DNA of 64,000 bases from an uncultured bacterium. Its GTDB lineage: Bacteria > Verrucomicrobiota > Verrucomicrobiia > Limisphaerales > UBA8199. The notes beneath the pieces were generated by a model that saw only the letters and a program-made list of their open reading frames with translations, did no database searches and had not been told where the DNA came from. Location: NCBI GenBank assembly GCA_963749495.1, contig CAVVMW010000023.1, positions 640,001 through 704,000 of the forward strand, read 5' to 3'. This document shows, one piece after another, positions 1 to 10,717 of this stretch; within the stretch, counting starts at the first letter, position 1; the number at the start of each line of letters is the position of its first letter. A program made the position numbers and the translations under genes.

Positions 1-3000
1 CTGCTCGAGCTGAAGTTGAGGTAGCCGATCGGGTAGTTGTCATCCACAATGTAAAGAGTGGCGTTGCTCAGGCTGAAGGCGCCGCTGCTCAGGACCGAGA
101 GGCTCAAACCGACGATGCGGTCCTGCGGCTGGATATTGGTATTGTTGATGATGGGGACGGCGAAAACCGCATTGGTCACGCCTGCGGGGAAGAGCAAGGT
201 CCCGTTGGTGGGCCAATAATCGGTTCCGATGACCGCAGTGCCCGTGGCCGTGGTGCCATAGCGCATCGAGACGTTGCCATAGGTGCCGTTGGTCCGGGTG
301 ACGCTGATCAAAGCGCGCCCGACGTTCTCATCCACGCTGAACGAGGGGAAGGCAAACCCGAAAACACCCGGCACGTGGCTGTCATCCACAATCGTGAGGG
401 GAGCCAGGGAGCGGCCCAGGGCGCCGCTGATGGGAATGGTCTCGCCGCCGAAGAAGAATTGGTCGGCGCAGGACGGGTTGGCCAGGGCGATGGAGGCCTG
501 CCGGTCGCCCGGCGTCGGGCTGCGCAGGACGCTGATGATGACCCGGTCCGCCGTATAGTTGAAGAAGTAGTTCCCGTAAATGTCGGTGGGGGTGGCGCTC
601 GCGCCGAACAGACCGTCGCTGAAACAGCGGGTCAGCGCCCCGGGCGGGGCCGCCGGCAGGTAGTCGTAGAGACGCCAGGCGGTCAGGTAGGTCGGCACCG
701 ACCCGCTGTAGGCGTAATCGGCTCCGCTCACGGCCAGGCCGGAGGGGACGCTGATGTTGGCGGAGAGGAAGCCCAGGATGCCATTGGTGCGGGTCAGCGA
801 GATGGTGGCGGAGGCGGAGCTTTTGACGACGCTGTAATTGGGATAAGTGAGGGAGAGGTTGCCCGGCCCCGGGGTGGCGCCGCCCCAGAGACGGGCGAAA
901 TTGGAGCGGTTGCGCAGCCCGGCGCGGGTCTTGGGCTCGCTATAAAGGTTTTGGTTGTAGGGACCAAAGGTATCCGTGGGGTCGATGCGGATAGCGGCGT
1001 TGGCTTGGCCTCCGCCCACTTGCGTGAAGCTGCCGCCAATCACGACCTTGCCATCGCTCTGAACGCCGGCGGCATAGACCGCCCCCGCCGGGTCGGAGAA
1101 GCGCCGCCGGTGCAGGCCGGCAAACTGGTTGTAGGCCGTGTCCAGGAAGCTCGTATCCACGGTTCCGTCACCGAAGAGCCGCGTGAACCCCAGGCGATGG
1201 GTGCCGTTGAAGGAGGTGAAATTGCCGCCGACGTAAATCGTGCCATCGGCCTGAAGGAGGATGGTCAGGACCGAGCCATCGGCGCCGGTGCCCGGATCGA
1301 AGGAGGTGTCCAGGAGGCCGTTGGAGGCCAGACGCACGATGTGGCGGCGAGAGATGCCCTGGACGGTGGTGAACTCGCCGCCCACCAGCAGGTTGCCCAG
1401 GGGATCGATGGCCAAGGCGTGGACCACGCCGTCCACCCCGGAGCCCAGGGCAGCGGTATAGGCGAGGTTCAGTGAGCCATCGGCGTTGAGGCGGGCCAGG
1501 TTGTTCAACGCCACCCCTCCGACCGAGGTAAAGTCCCCGCCGATATAGATCCGGCCGTTATAGACGGCCAAGGCATTGATGGTGTTCCCGGTGATGGTGG
1601 GCGGCACGAACGAGGTGTCCAGACTGCCATCGGCGTTCAGGAGGGCGACGTGGCTGCTGGCTGTGCCGTTGTAGAATGAAAAGTCACCGGCGATGAGGAA
1701 CTCGCCGTTGGGCATAATCATCACGGTCCGCACGGGCGCATCGACCCCGAGCCCGGCGCTGAACTGGCCCGATGCCAGCGAGCCGTCACTGTTGAGCAAG
1801 GCGACGCCCGGACTTTGCTGGCCGTTGAATGCGCCAAAGGCGCCGCCCACCAGGACCGTCCCGTAGGGCGTGGCCGCCACGCTGCTGATGAACCCGTCGG
1901 CGCCGCCCAGGGGCGGCGCCAGGAACGACTTGTCCAGCGAGCCATCCGCGTTGGCCCGGGCGATGCGGTTGCGCGCGTAGGCGTTATACGAGTGGAAATC
2001 GCCGACGAGGATCGTCTGATCCAGGACATTGGTCACCACGACGGTATTGGTGCCGACGATATTGGTCGTGATGAAGGAGTTGGGCAGGACTGCCAGGCCC
2101 ATAATCTGGCCATCGGGGCCCGGCTTGTCCAGATCGTCCGGGTCCGAGAACGGCGTCGTGGCCAGCGCCGTCGTGAGATTGTGATCGGGGTTGTGGAGTT
2201 CATCGAGCGAGCCCGCCGGCGGATTCTCGTCGTTGAAGAGGATGGTCACGTAGCATTCGCCGGCGGCGCCGACCGGGACGATGCCGCCACCGGTGGCATC
2301 CCTCCAGATCGAGACCTTGAAAACGCGGGCGAACTTGGTGAAGCCGTCGTTGGTGATGGTGAAGGAGATCGTCTTGTAAGCGCTGTTGTTGCCGAAGCTG
2401 AGATCGCCTTCGGCCAGCACAAAATCGGAGTTGGTGCCGTGAATGCTCGCCTGGGTCGGGTCGTACGCGGGCGTGGGCGTGGCATAGTCGCATCCCGGTT
2501 CCAGCGGGAAGAAGTTGTCCCACCCCTCGGGAGCCACGTCGTCCACGTAGAGCCTGTTGACGCGATAGTGAATCGCAGCGCCGTCCCCCGTTAACCGAAT
2601 GAACGTGCGATAAACCGTCAGCAGGACCGAACCGTAGTAGGTATCCACGTCCTCGGGAAAGCGATAGTGGACCTTCGAGAAGTTGAACACGTCCCGGTTC
2701 GGCTCGGGATCGGCGACAAAGCTGTAATTCATGACCTGGACTGTGGCGTTGGACCAGGAGTTGTCGAGCCGCGGCGGCGAGACATCCAGCGATTCGGCGG
2801 GGTCGGGCCTGGGGTTGGAGAGCATGAGGGAAAAATTGTAGCCCACAGTGTTGGTGTCAAATGAGAAGCCCATGACGGAACCAAAGATGGGGACGGTGAA
2901 CTCCTTTGCCATCTCGAAGTCATCGAACGCCAGCGTCCCCGACACGGGCATATAATCCGTATAGGGAAATGCGGTATCGTTAGTGCCCACGACAGTGGAG

Positions 3001-3938
3001 TAATTGACCAGGGCGCGTCCGCTGGAGCCGGCCACGCGCGTGACGGTGACGACCACGCCGGTGGCAAAATACCCGTAGTAGGTCTTGTAATCGCTATTCC
3101 AGTCCGGCATGCTCTCGATTGGCGTGCAGTAATACATCGGGATGGGGCCGCTGGGGTTGTTCCAGTTGAATTGCTCGCTGGCGAAGCGAAAGACCCCGGA
3201 GGAGTGATAGGCCCAATTGAGGACCGGAAACCCGTTGGGCGCGGTGGTAGTCGTGCTGCCCCCGAAGATCGAGCCGCTCCCGGAGGAGTTGGCGGTCGAA
3301 CTGCTCTTGCTGTTGATGGCGACGTAGTAGGTGGTATTGGAGACGGCATTGAAACGCAGGGCGCTGGGCCCGCCGAAGGGCAAGGTCGCCAGGCTGCCCA
3401 GGCTCGCATACTGGTCCTTCTGGAGCAGGTACGGGGAGAGGTCGTCGTTGGCCGCAATCTGCGTGAGGTGGCCAAGGTCGGCCCCCGTATAGACCGCCAG
3501 GATGGTATCGAGCACGCCGTTCTGGGTAACGTTCGTGATGGTGACGAAGAAGATGTTGGTGAAGACGTTGGTCACCCCGCCAACGATGTTGGTGAAGATC
3601 ATATTGGTCTGGTAAAAGACGAGGTTGGTGGACCAGGCGGCGCTGCCGAAGGTGTCCATCGAGACCTCGCCGTCGGCCGGGGCGGTCCATTTGTACCAGA
3701 TACTGTAGGTGGGCGCGAAGCCGGCGTGGTTGGGCTCGCTGCCCTCTCCGGTGGCGTTGCCATTGTAACCGACAATGCTGCCTGAACCGCCAACAATCTC
3801 CGTGGCATTGGCGAAGTTATCATTGGTGGCGGATTGGGCCAAGGCGGACCCGACAAACGCCCCGCCCAACGCCAGCCAGCCCGCCAGCGCCAGCCGGCGC
3901 CACACCAAGCCACACCTGTTCAATTCGATTCTACGCAT
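1..3938 (-). CDS. Large secreted Calx-beta / delta-60 (DUF5122-like) repeat protein, 3' end outside the window
   Basis: ATG at 3938 (MRRIELNRCGLVWRRLALAGWLALGGAFVGSALAQ, signal-like). The frame is open to the window edge, so it is absent from the ORF track. It has an NDNFANA...SIWYKWTAP module, Calx-beta-like motifs (NATLYIVDDNYPIGYLNFSS) and DGSLDTSF / GKVVIGGSF propeller repeats. Confidence 0.85.
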   Translation of the reverse strand, partial: MRRIELNRCGLVWRRLALAGWLALGGAFVGSALAQSATNDNFANATEIVGGSGSIVGYNGNATGEGSEPNHAGFAPTYSIWYKWTAPADGEVSMDTFGSAAWSTNLVFYQTNMIFTNIVGGVTNVFTNIFFVTITNVTQNGVLDTILAVYTGADLGHLTQIAANDDLSPYLLQKDQYASLGSLATLPFGGPSALRFNAVSNTTYYVAINSKSSSTANSSGSGSIFGGSTTTTAPNGFPVLNWAYHSSGVFRFASEQFNWNNPSGPIPMYYCTPIESMPDWNSDYKTYYGYFATGVVVTVTRVAGSSGRALVNYSTVVGTNDTAFPYTDYMPVSGTLAFDDFEMAKEFTVPIFGSVMGFSFDTNTVGYNFSLMLSNPRPDPAESLDVSPPRLDNSWSNATVQVMNYSFVADPEPNRDVFNFSKVHYRFPEDVDTYYGSVLLTVYRTFIRLTGDGAAIHYRVNRLYVDDVAPEGWDNFFPLEPGCDYATPTPAYDPTQASIHGTNSDFVLAEGDLSFGNNSAYKTISFTITNDGFTKFARVFKVSIWRDATGGGIVPVGAAGECYVTILFNDENPPAGSLDELHNPDHNLTTALATTPFSDPDDLDKPGPDGQIMGLAVLPNSFITTNIVGTNTVVVTNVLDQTILVGDFHSYNAYARNRIARANADGSLDKSFLAPPLGGADGFISSVAATPYGTVLVGGAFGAFNGQQSPGVALLNSDGSLASGQFSAGLGVDAPVRTVMIMPNGEFLIAGDFSFYNGTASSHVALLNADGSLDTSFVPPTITGNTINALAVYNGRIYIGGDFTSVGGVALNNLARLNADGSLNLAYTAALGSGVDGVVHALAIDPLGNLLVGGEFTTVQGISRRHIVRLASNGLLDTSFDPGTGADGSVLTILLQADGTIYVGGNFTSFNGTHRLGFTRLFGDGTVDTSFLDTAYNQFAGLHRRRFSDPAGAVYAAGVQSDGKVVIGGSFTQVGGGQANAAIRIDPTDTFGPYNQNLYSEPKTRAGLRNRSNFARLWGGATPGPGNLSLTYPNYSVVKSSASATISLTRTNGILGFLSANISVPSGLAVSGADYAYSGSVPTYLTAWRLYDYLPAAPPGALTRCFSDGLFGASATPTDIYGNYFFNYTADRVIISVLRSPTPGDRQASIALANPSCADQFFFGGETIPISGALGRSLAPLTIVDDSHVPGVFGFAFPSFSVDENVGRALISVTRTNGTYGNVSMRYGTTATGTAVIGTDYWPTNGTLLFPAGVTNAVFAVPIINNTNIQPQDRIVGLSLSVLSSGAFSLSNATLYIVDDNYPIGYLNFSSS

Positions 3939-3967
3939 AACAATAAACTTCACACGGTTATTTGGAG

Positions 3968-4048
3968 CCTTTGTCGGGACCTTTGTCGGGACCTTTGTCG
4001 AAGAATAGCCAATCCGACAAAGGCTTCGACAAAGGTCCCGACGAAGGT
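3968..4048. repeat. Intergenic palindromic element of 12-bp units (CCTTTGTCG x3 / CGACAAAGG x3)
   Basis: Direct repeats form a long inverted repeat; a second copy lies at 54169-54250. Confidence 0.85.
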
Positions 4049-4116
4049 CTCATAATTCGCCGTTTCTGGCACAAGGTCTGTCTCAGGGCCCGTCCTGGAC
4101 CGGCCCCCGGTAAAAT

Positions 4117-7100
4117 TCACCGCGCCAGGTCCAGATAGACCTGCCCGCTTTGCTGCGGACCCAAAAAGTAGCCGTAGCCATTGGTTCCCGGCTGGCAGAG
4201 CACGCCCTGGAAAGCCAGGGTCTGCGTCAGGCCCGGGGAGCGGGTGCTGCCGCTAAAGAGGCCGGACGAGGGCGTGAAACTGAGGCTCAGTTTGCTGCCG
4301 GCCGGCCGGACGACACGTCCATGGGCGTCAAAGCTGAAGGTATTGGTCAACGGATTGGCCAGGCCGCCGCCGGTGCAGAGCAGCGCGCCCCCGCTGAAGC
4401 CGGCCATAGAAGAAGCCGGCGTGTAGGGCCAGAGGGCGGCGGAGACCACGTTGGTAAAGCCGGCGGGATAGCTCTTGGCGCCGGGCACCGGGGGCTTGAG
4501 CCAGACCAACTCGCCGCCGGGGGACGCGGCGTTGAACTGGACCCAACTGACAATGCAGCCGCTGCCCCCGTAGAGCGAGGCATAGAGCCCCCAATAGCCG
4601 TCTTTGGAGAGCGTGGCGTTCTGGCTCACCTTGCTGCCGTCTGCCAGGGCGCCGCTGAAACGGACATTGCCGGCGGCATCGACTTTGAGGATGCCGTAGC
4701 CGTCGCCGGCGGGCGCGGCGCCGAGGCTCACGCCGCTGTGCGGAATGTGTGCCGTGTAGGAGCCGGCCTGGGCCGGGACAGGCCGATAGGCCTGGAGCGC
4801 GGCCGACCACTGGTTGCCGGAGGAAACCGTGCCCAACATCTGGCCGCCGCCCCCGAAATCCAGGCGCAGAGCCAGGGCCAGCGGCGGCAGGAGTGCGCCG
4901 CGGCTCAGGCTGGCCGTGGCGCTCCGGGTCTGGGCATTGAAGGCCCCGGAGGCCCTGTAGCTCCGCGCGCCCAGAGTGAGCGTGGCGGTGTAGGCCCCGC
5001 CGCGTGTCACCTTCGCGCTGAACGACCCCGAACTGGCCGGGGCGGCCCCGTTGGTGTCCGAGAACAGGCCGTTGTAAGTCCCCACGGCCAGTGCGAAGGC
5101 ATTGGAGGAGGGATCCTGAGTGGAAAGTGAGGCCGAAGGCGGGGCCAGGGCCAGGCCGGCGCCAGGGTTGTTGGTGGAGCCCACGGTAAGGGCCGCCCCC
5201 AAGGTGGTGATCGAGCCGAACGGGTTGGACACGACCACCTTGTAAACGCCCGCATCGGCCGCCTGGACATTGCCCCGGGAATAGGCGCTGTCGGTGGCCC
5301 CCGCAATATCCGCGTCATTGAACCGCCACTGGTATGCCAGGGGCGGACTGCCCGATGCACTCACCGTGAAGCTGGCAGTGCCCCCGGGCGCGACCGTCAG
5401 ATTGTGCGGTGCCTCGAGGATAGACGGCGCCATCATCACCGTGAGGGTGGCCTCGGGGCTGACGATATAGCCGGCAAAGTTCGCAATCGCCACCGAATAG
5501 GCGCCCGCATCGGAGGGCTGGGCATTGTCAATGGTGTAAGCAGCCGAGAGGGCGCCGGGGATAGCGACCCCGTTCTTGCGCCACTGGTAGCTAAGGGGGG
5601 CGGGGCTGGAGGCCACAACGCTGAAGGTGACTGCACTGCCAGCGAGCACGGTCTGGCTCAGGGGCGGCACGGAAACCGCCGCGAGCAGCGGCACGTTGTT
5701 CGTGGAGGCGGGCGGCGCAGGAATGGGCCAGATCGGGGCCGTAGTGTTGTTGCAATTGACGACGGGCGGTTGGTTCGTCGTGTTGGAGACCAGGTCGCAA
5801 CTGGCCACCAGGGCGGCGTTGAGCCGGTTTGACGTGCCGTCAGGATAGGTGACCTCAGTCGAGGAAAAGTAGCCGAAGTTGTAATTGCTCACCCAGCAAA
5901 GGCGGCCCTGGTTGCGCCCGTTGAGCTTCTCGGCAATCGAGACGCCGTCGGCCATGGCCTGGGCAAAATAGACCACCATGTTGGGGGAGACATCGATGCC
6001 GGTGAAATCGCCCGACGGGTTGCTGTTGGTGGCGGTGAAGCCATCCAGTTCGAGGTAATCGATGTAGAGGGCGTTGTGGCCGCCGGTCCCGGTGAAGACG
6101 AACTGGGCATTGGGCGAGCCGACCAGGATCATGCGGCCCAGGGCGGCGTTGTTCAGGAAGCCGGCGCCGCTGGAGCCCGGTCCTGGGCCGCCGAGAAGTT
6201 GACCACCGGCATGTCCTGGGCGCCGAAGTTGGTGATCGTGGTGCCCAGCAAGTCGCCGGAGACCGGCGGCGCCAACAGGCTGAAGCCCCCGTGCGCTACC
6301 CACACGTTGGCGTTGCTCAGCGTGGCCGACCGGAGCGTGGCCGGGTCCACGTTCACGAGGTTGGAAACCCCGTCGCTGAGATTGGGGCAGTCCAGAGAGA
6401 TGCCTCGGCCCGCCCGGAGGACCTGGTTGCTGGCCATCAGGTAACCGCTGGTGATGCTGATGTCGGCCTGCCTGGACAGGAGCATGCCGTTGGTGAGAAT
6501 GGCGGTGTCGGCCTGAAGCGCGAGCGGGCCTACGCCGCTGTCGTTGGTGCCGCCGGATTGGACGAAGCGGGCCCAGATCAATTGGCCCTGGCTGGTGATC
6601 AGCCCGTAGTTGACGAAGCTCTGGTAGGGCTCGTCGAACGTGGTGGTGTACCAGGGCGGCGCGCGGTGGCCGGCCAGCTCAAGCGAATTGGGAACAGTGA
6701 TCTTGCCGTAGTTGGTGAGGTACTGCAGGCGCGGGAAGCTCGAGGCCCAGACCAGGTCAGCGGACGTCAGGTTGATCTCGCCATAAAGGTTCGGGGCGCC
6801 AGGCGGATTGGTCACGATGGACAAGCGCTGCGTATCCGGCAGCGAGAGCGAGCGGAAGACGTTGAGCACGTCCGCCACGACCAAGTTCGAGCTGTGCAGG
6901 GTGACATCCTCGAACTGGGGCTGCACCTGGGTGACCAGGCGGCTGTCGATGAGGGTCACGTTGAAGTTCAGCAGCGCGCCCGGCGTCGGCGGTACGGCGT
7001 TGGTATCCGGAGCCACCCCGTTGGTCCAGTGGCCGCTCCACACGTCAATGTGGCCGCAGATGCGGGGGATAATGGGCGCGACCAGGCTGGAGAAGGTCAT

Positions 7101-8405
7101 GCTCCCGTTGGTGGTGGCCAGGTCCACGCTGGCGAACGGCGCCAGGATGTGGGCGTTGGTGCTGCCCGCGAAATGATTGGTGGCCTGGAGCAGCAGGAAG
7201 CTCTGGCCGCTGATGCGCGTGTCGGTCAGGTCCAGGACGTTGTTGGCGCGCAACTCGATGCGGCCCGGCTCGTTGGTGTAGTCCGACCCGGCGACATCCG
7301 ACCCCGGCACGAAGGGCGTCGGGCTCAGATCGAAACCAAAGGCCGTGTTGGTGGCGAGGACAGGATTGTTGGTCCCGAAGAAAATCGTCGGGTCATAGAT
7401 CGTCGGACTGATCAGCAGCCCATTGGTGAAACCCGGGAACGAGCGGATCACGATGTAGTTCAGCGGCACGAAATTGGTCGGGGTAAACTGCCACCGCAGG
7501 TCGTTGGGAATGATCTGCACCAATGGAGGCGGAGGACCCCCGGCAAATGAGATAAAGGCGCCCAGGTAGTCATAGAGATAGACCGTATCGGTTGACACCT
7601 CGCCGGTCAGCGCATTGGTGACCACCGACTTCCATTGGATGGCCCGGTCCGAACCATAGGGATACTCCCCAAAGACCCTGACCTCGGTCGAGATGGCGGG
7701 ATTGGTCTGGCTCAGATAGATCACGTTCACATCGGCCGCGCCCGAGAAGGGGTTGCTGGTGATATAAACGTAGGCGCTGAACCCGCCGGGGAGCGGGAGA
7801 TTGCTCAGGACGGCGTCGAAACGGAACGTGGTGGTGTTGGTGGACCAAGAGGTCGCCTGGAGGTAGGCGGTCGGGTCGGTGTCGGCCCCCACGCTGGCCA
7901 CGGTGCTGCGGACCAGGTCGAGGTTGTCGCCGCTCAACTTGAGCAGGCCGGAGTCGCCCACAGTCAGGGCGCCGCGATTGAAGATGTTCGTGGCATCGAC
8001 CTCCAGTCCGAAGCTCCCATAAATGCTGGCGTTGTTCGCGCTGACCTGGGCCTGGTTGACGAAATTGGCCGCCGAGAGATGGGTGGCGGCGTCGCTCTTG
8101 TAATAATCGAATCGCCAGCCGGGAAAGCCCTGGATGAGATTGTAATTGGTATAGTTGACGGTGTTCCATGTCTCGAAAGGCGGCGGGTAGGCGGCCACGC
8201 TGCTGGGGCTGAACTCGGCGAAAAAGTTTGTCAGGAGGATTTGGCCGTAGTTGACGAAGGCGGCGGCGTCGATCTGGGGCGCCGCATCCGGAGGCATGGT
8301 GTAGGCGAAGATCCCGTTATTCTGCCAGATGGGCGAGCTGGCCAGGGCCGGCGACGCCGCGAGCAGGCTGCCCAGAACCGAGAGGAAGGACCGCGTTCTA
8401 TTCAT
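4117..8405 (-). CDS. Large secreted protein with two Ig-like domains and a conserved C-terminal beta-rich domain (one frameshift near 6177)
   Basis: ORFs 6153-8405 (signal peptide MNRTRSFLSVLGSLLAASPALA) and 4117-6303 join if one G is added to a G run (QDR-G-SSGAGF). Ig motifs: LSYQWRKNG...DAGAYSV and YQWRFN...DAGVYKV. Confidence 0.8.
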
Positions 8406-8438
8406 AATGAAAGGGTTGCCGCCGCATGGAGTCCGGCG

Positions 8439-10694
8439 CTAATGGATGTTGATCGTGACCGTGCCCGTTGCTGTGCGCGCCGCCGCATCGGTCACGGTGG
8501 CCGTAAAGGAGAATTGACCGCTCTGGGTGGGCGTGCCGGAGAGCACGCCGCCGCTGGACAGGCTCAGGCCCGGGGGTGGCGGCGCCGAGTTGGCAACCAG
8601 AGACCACACGTACGGGGCCTGGCCGCCTGTCAAGGGCACCGCCTCCGAGTAAGGCTGGTTGGCCGCGCCGTCGGGCATCGCCCCGCCGATCCGAAAGAGC
8701 ACCTGCGACTCGAGCGCATCGAGGGTCAGGCTCGACGGGTAAATGACCGGGGCGTTGGTGCTGCCGTCGAACGAGGCAAAGGCCACCACCGTTGCGTTGG
8801 TCTCGCTGAGCCCCGGATATCCATTGATGTGAAGCGGGTAGGCCGTGTTGTAATCGATGTCGATGCCCTGGGACAGAGAGGGAATCAGCGTCCCCGGGCC
8901 GAAGTGGGCGGGCAAGGCATTGGCAGTCATGGCAGTGGCGGAGATCGCCGTGCGTCTGATGCCCGTGGGAATGTCCTCCATGTCCAGGGCCCGGAAGAGG
9001 ACATCAGGGGCAGTGACGACGCGCTGGTATTGCTGGACCGATGCCTCGCCATTGGTGATGGCAACCACCTGGTAGTAATTGGTCACCGGCTGGAAGAAAC
9101 GGCCCAGGAGTGAATCGTAGCTGGTGTGCTGGAACTGGACGCAATTCATCCCCGCCCGGAGTGTGGTATTGGTGCCGATGCACTGGACCGGCAGGACGAA
9201 GAACTCATGGTTGGTGTGATACGTGACGACCTGCTGGGAGAACACCTCCAGGAAGGTGTTGCTGCCGCCGCCGGTGGTGTTCGTGGCACTCGACGTGCTA
9301 TTGGTTAACGTCACCGTGTTGGTGACGGTCACCACAACGTTGGTCAAAGTGTTGGTGAAGCTGAGCAGGTTGGCCAGGATCTGCAGGTCACAGGTATTGG
9401 CCGGCAGGAGGAAATACTCGCCGACGACCTGGTTGGTGATGAAGTAGCGGGTGCTGACGTTGGTCGTCATGGCCAGCGTGCCATAGGGCATGTATGGAGT
9501 ATTGCTCGGGTTGACACTGATGGTCTGGAGCGCGGCCACCGCCCGGCCGGTGAAAACCGAGGGGTCATCGATCAGGTAATTGGTCCAAGCCCCGCTGACG
9601 GACTCCACGACCTCGAGGTTCCCGAAGTGATGCGTATAGCGCATCTGGACGGTGGGCACGTAATTGGTCGTCAGGACCAGCACCGGGATGTTGTTGGTGC
9701 TGTAGGGCGAGTAAGGGTAATTGGTGTAATAGCCGGTCGTGACCGGGACATTGATGATGACGGGGTAGTTGGTGCCGGGGGCGGAGAGGACCGCGGCAGG
9801 AAGGAGGGTGGCCAATGCGGCATCGCTGTTGGTCAGGGCGAGGTCCGCCAGGGCATTGAGGTTGGACGTGAACAAAGTCTGGCCGGCGGCGCCGTTCGTG
9901 AAGTAGAGGGTGCTGTCCGGCGAGGCCGACTCCCAGGCGATGTTGTTGGTGCCGTAGAGATCCTTGAAACCGCCCACATCATCCTGGGTCAGCCGAGTGG
10001 TATATTGACCGAGGCTCACGGTATCCGAGGCGACTGTGGAATTATAGCCGAAGGGAACGCCATCGACCAGGAAGGACTCGGCGAGGGCGGTCCAGGGAGG
10101 GGGGGTTTGGCCGCAGTCCTCGCGGATGACATAGCTGTAGAGTTGGCCATTGATGTAGGCGCTGGGCAACAGGGTGAAGGGGTCGTAGTTCCGCATGACC
10201 ACCGTGTAGGTGCAGTTGGTGGGACAGGCCGGGCAAGTGCGGGTGCGCAGCGACCAGACGAAGCGCTGTGGATAGGAGAGGCCCAACTCCTCCATCATGC
10301 ATTTGAGGGCCGAGCTCTTGAGGTCGATCAAGTTGAGTTGCTGGGCGCGGTAATTGATGCGGTTGCCCTCGGTCGGGATGGCGCTCAGGTCCGTGGCCGA
10401 GAGATTGGTCAGGGTGTGGTTGAGCATGTCCATGCCCTGGTCGATAACGGCGACGCCGTTGGTGCCGAAGAATTGGAGAAAAGACTCTTCGAAGGCGTAG
10501 TAATTGGTGGGGGTGTTCCAGCGATAGCCTTCACCCAGGGCCTTGGGCGCGCCGATGTCCTGGGCCTGATTGTAGCCGAGGAGAATCGTCTGGTAGGCCT
10601 CGTTGTACGGGCCGATTAGCGAGAAGCCCAAGGCGGACTCCAGGCCCAGGGCCAGCACCGCCAGGCAGCCTAATCGTTTTGCAAATCGCAGCAT
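8439..10694 (-). CDS. Secreted TN-rich protein with degenerate matrixin-like motifs and a C-terminal putative Ig (He_PIG-like) domain
   Basis: Probable start MLRFAKRLGCLAVLALG at 10694. Contains LTQDDVGGFKDLYG and C-terminal PPGLSLSSGGVLSGTPTQSGQFSFTATVTD. Confidence 0.8.
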   Translation of the reverse strand: MLRFAKRLGCLAVLALGLESALGFSLIGPYNEAYQTILLGYNQAQDIGAPKALGEGYRWNTPTNYYAFEESFLQFFGTNGVAVIDQGMDMLNHTLTNLSATDLSAIPTEGNRINYRAQQLNLIDLKSSALKCMMEELGLSYPQRFVWSLRTRTCPACPTNCTYTVVMRNYDPFTLLPSAYINGQLYSYVIREDCGQTPPPWTALAESFLVDGVPFGYNSTVASDTVSLGQYTTRLTQDDVGGFKDLYGTNNIAWESASPDSTLYFTNGAAGQTLFTSNLNALADLALTNSDAALATLLPAAVLSAPGTNYPVIINVPVTTGYYTNYPYSPYSTNNIPVLVLTTNYVPTVQMRYTHHFGNLEVVESVSGAWTNYLIDDPSVFTGRAVAALQTISVNPSNTPYMPYGTLAMTTNVSTRYFITNQVVGEYFLLPANTCDLQILANLLSFTNTLTNVVVTVTNTVTLTNSTSSATNTTGGGSNTFLEVFSQQVVTYHTNHEFFVLPVQCIGTNTTLRAGMNCVQFQHTSYDSLLGRFFQPVTNYYQVVAITNGEASVQQYQRVVTAPDVLFRALDMEDIPTGIRRTAISATAMTANALPAHFGPGTLIPSLSQGIDIDYNTAYPLHINGYPGLSETNATVVAFASFDGSTNAPVIYPSSLTLDALESQVLFRIGGAMPDGAANQPYSEAVPLTGGQAPYVWSLVANSAPPPPGLSLSSGGVLSGTPTQSGQFSFTATVTDAAARTATGTVTINIH

Positions 10695-10717
10695 AAGAAA
10701 CTCAGTTGTTGGACGGT

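Noticed and set aside
375..3785. Plus-strand ORFs 375-1475, 1815-2594 and 3171-3785, and similar long antisense ORFs elsewhere
   Set aside because: These are high-GC shadow frames opposite well-supported genes and carry no motifs.
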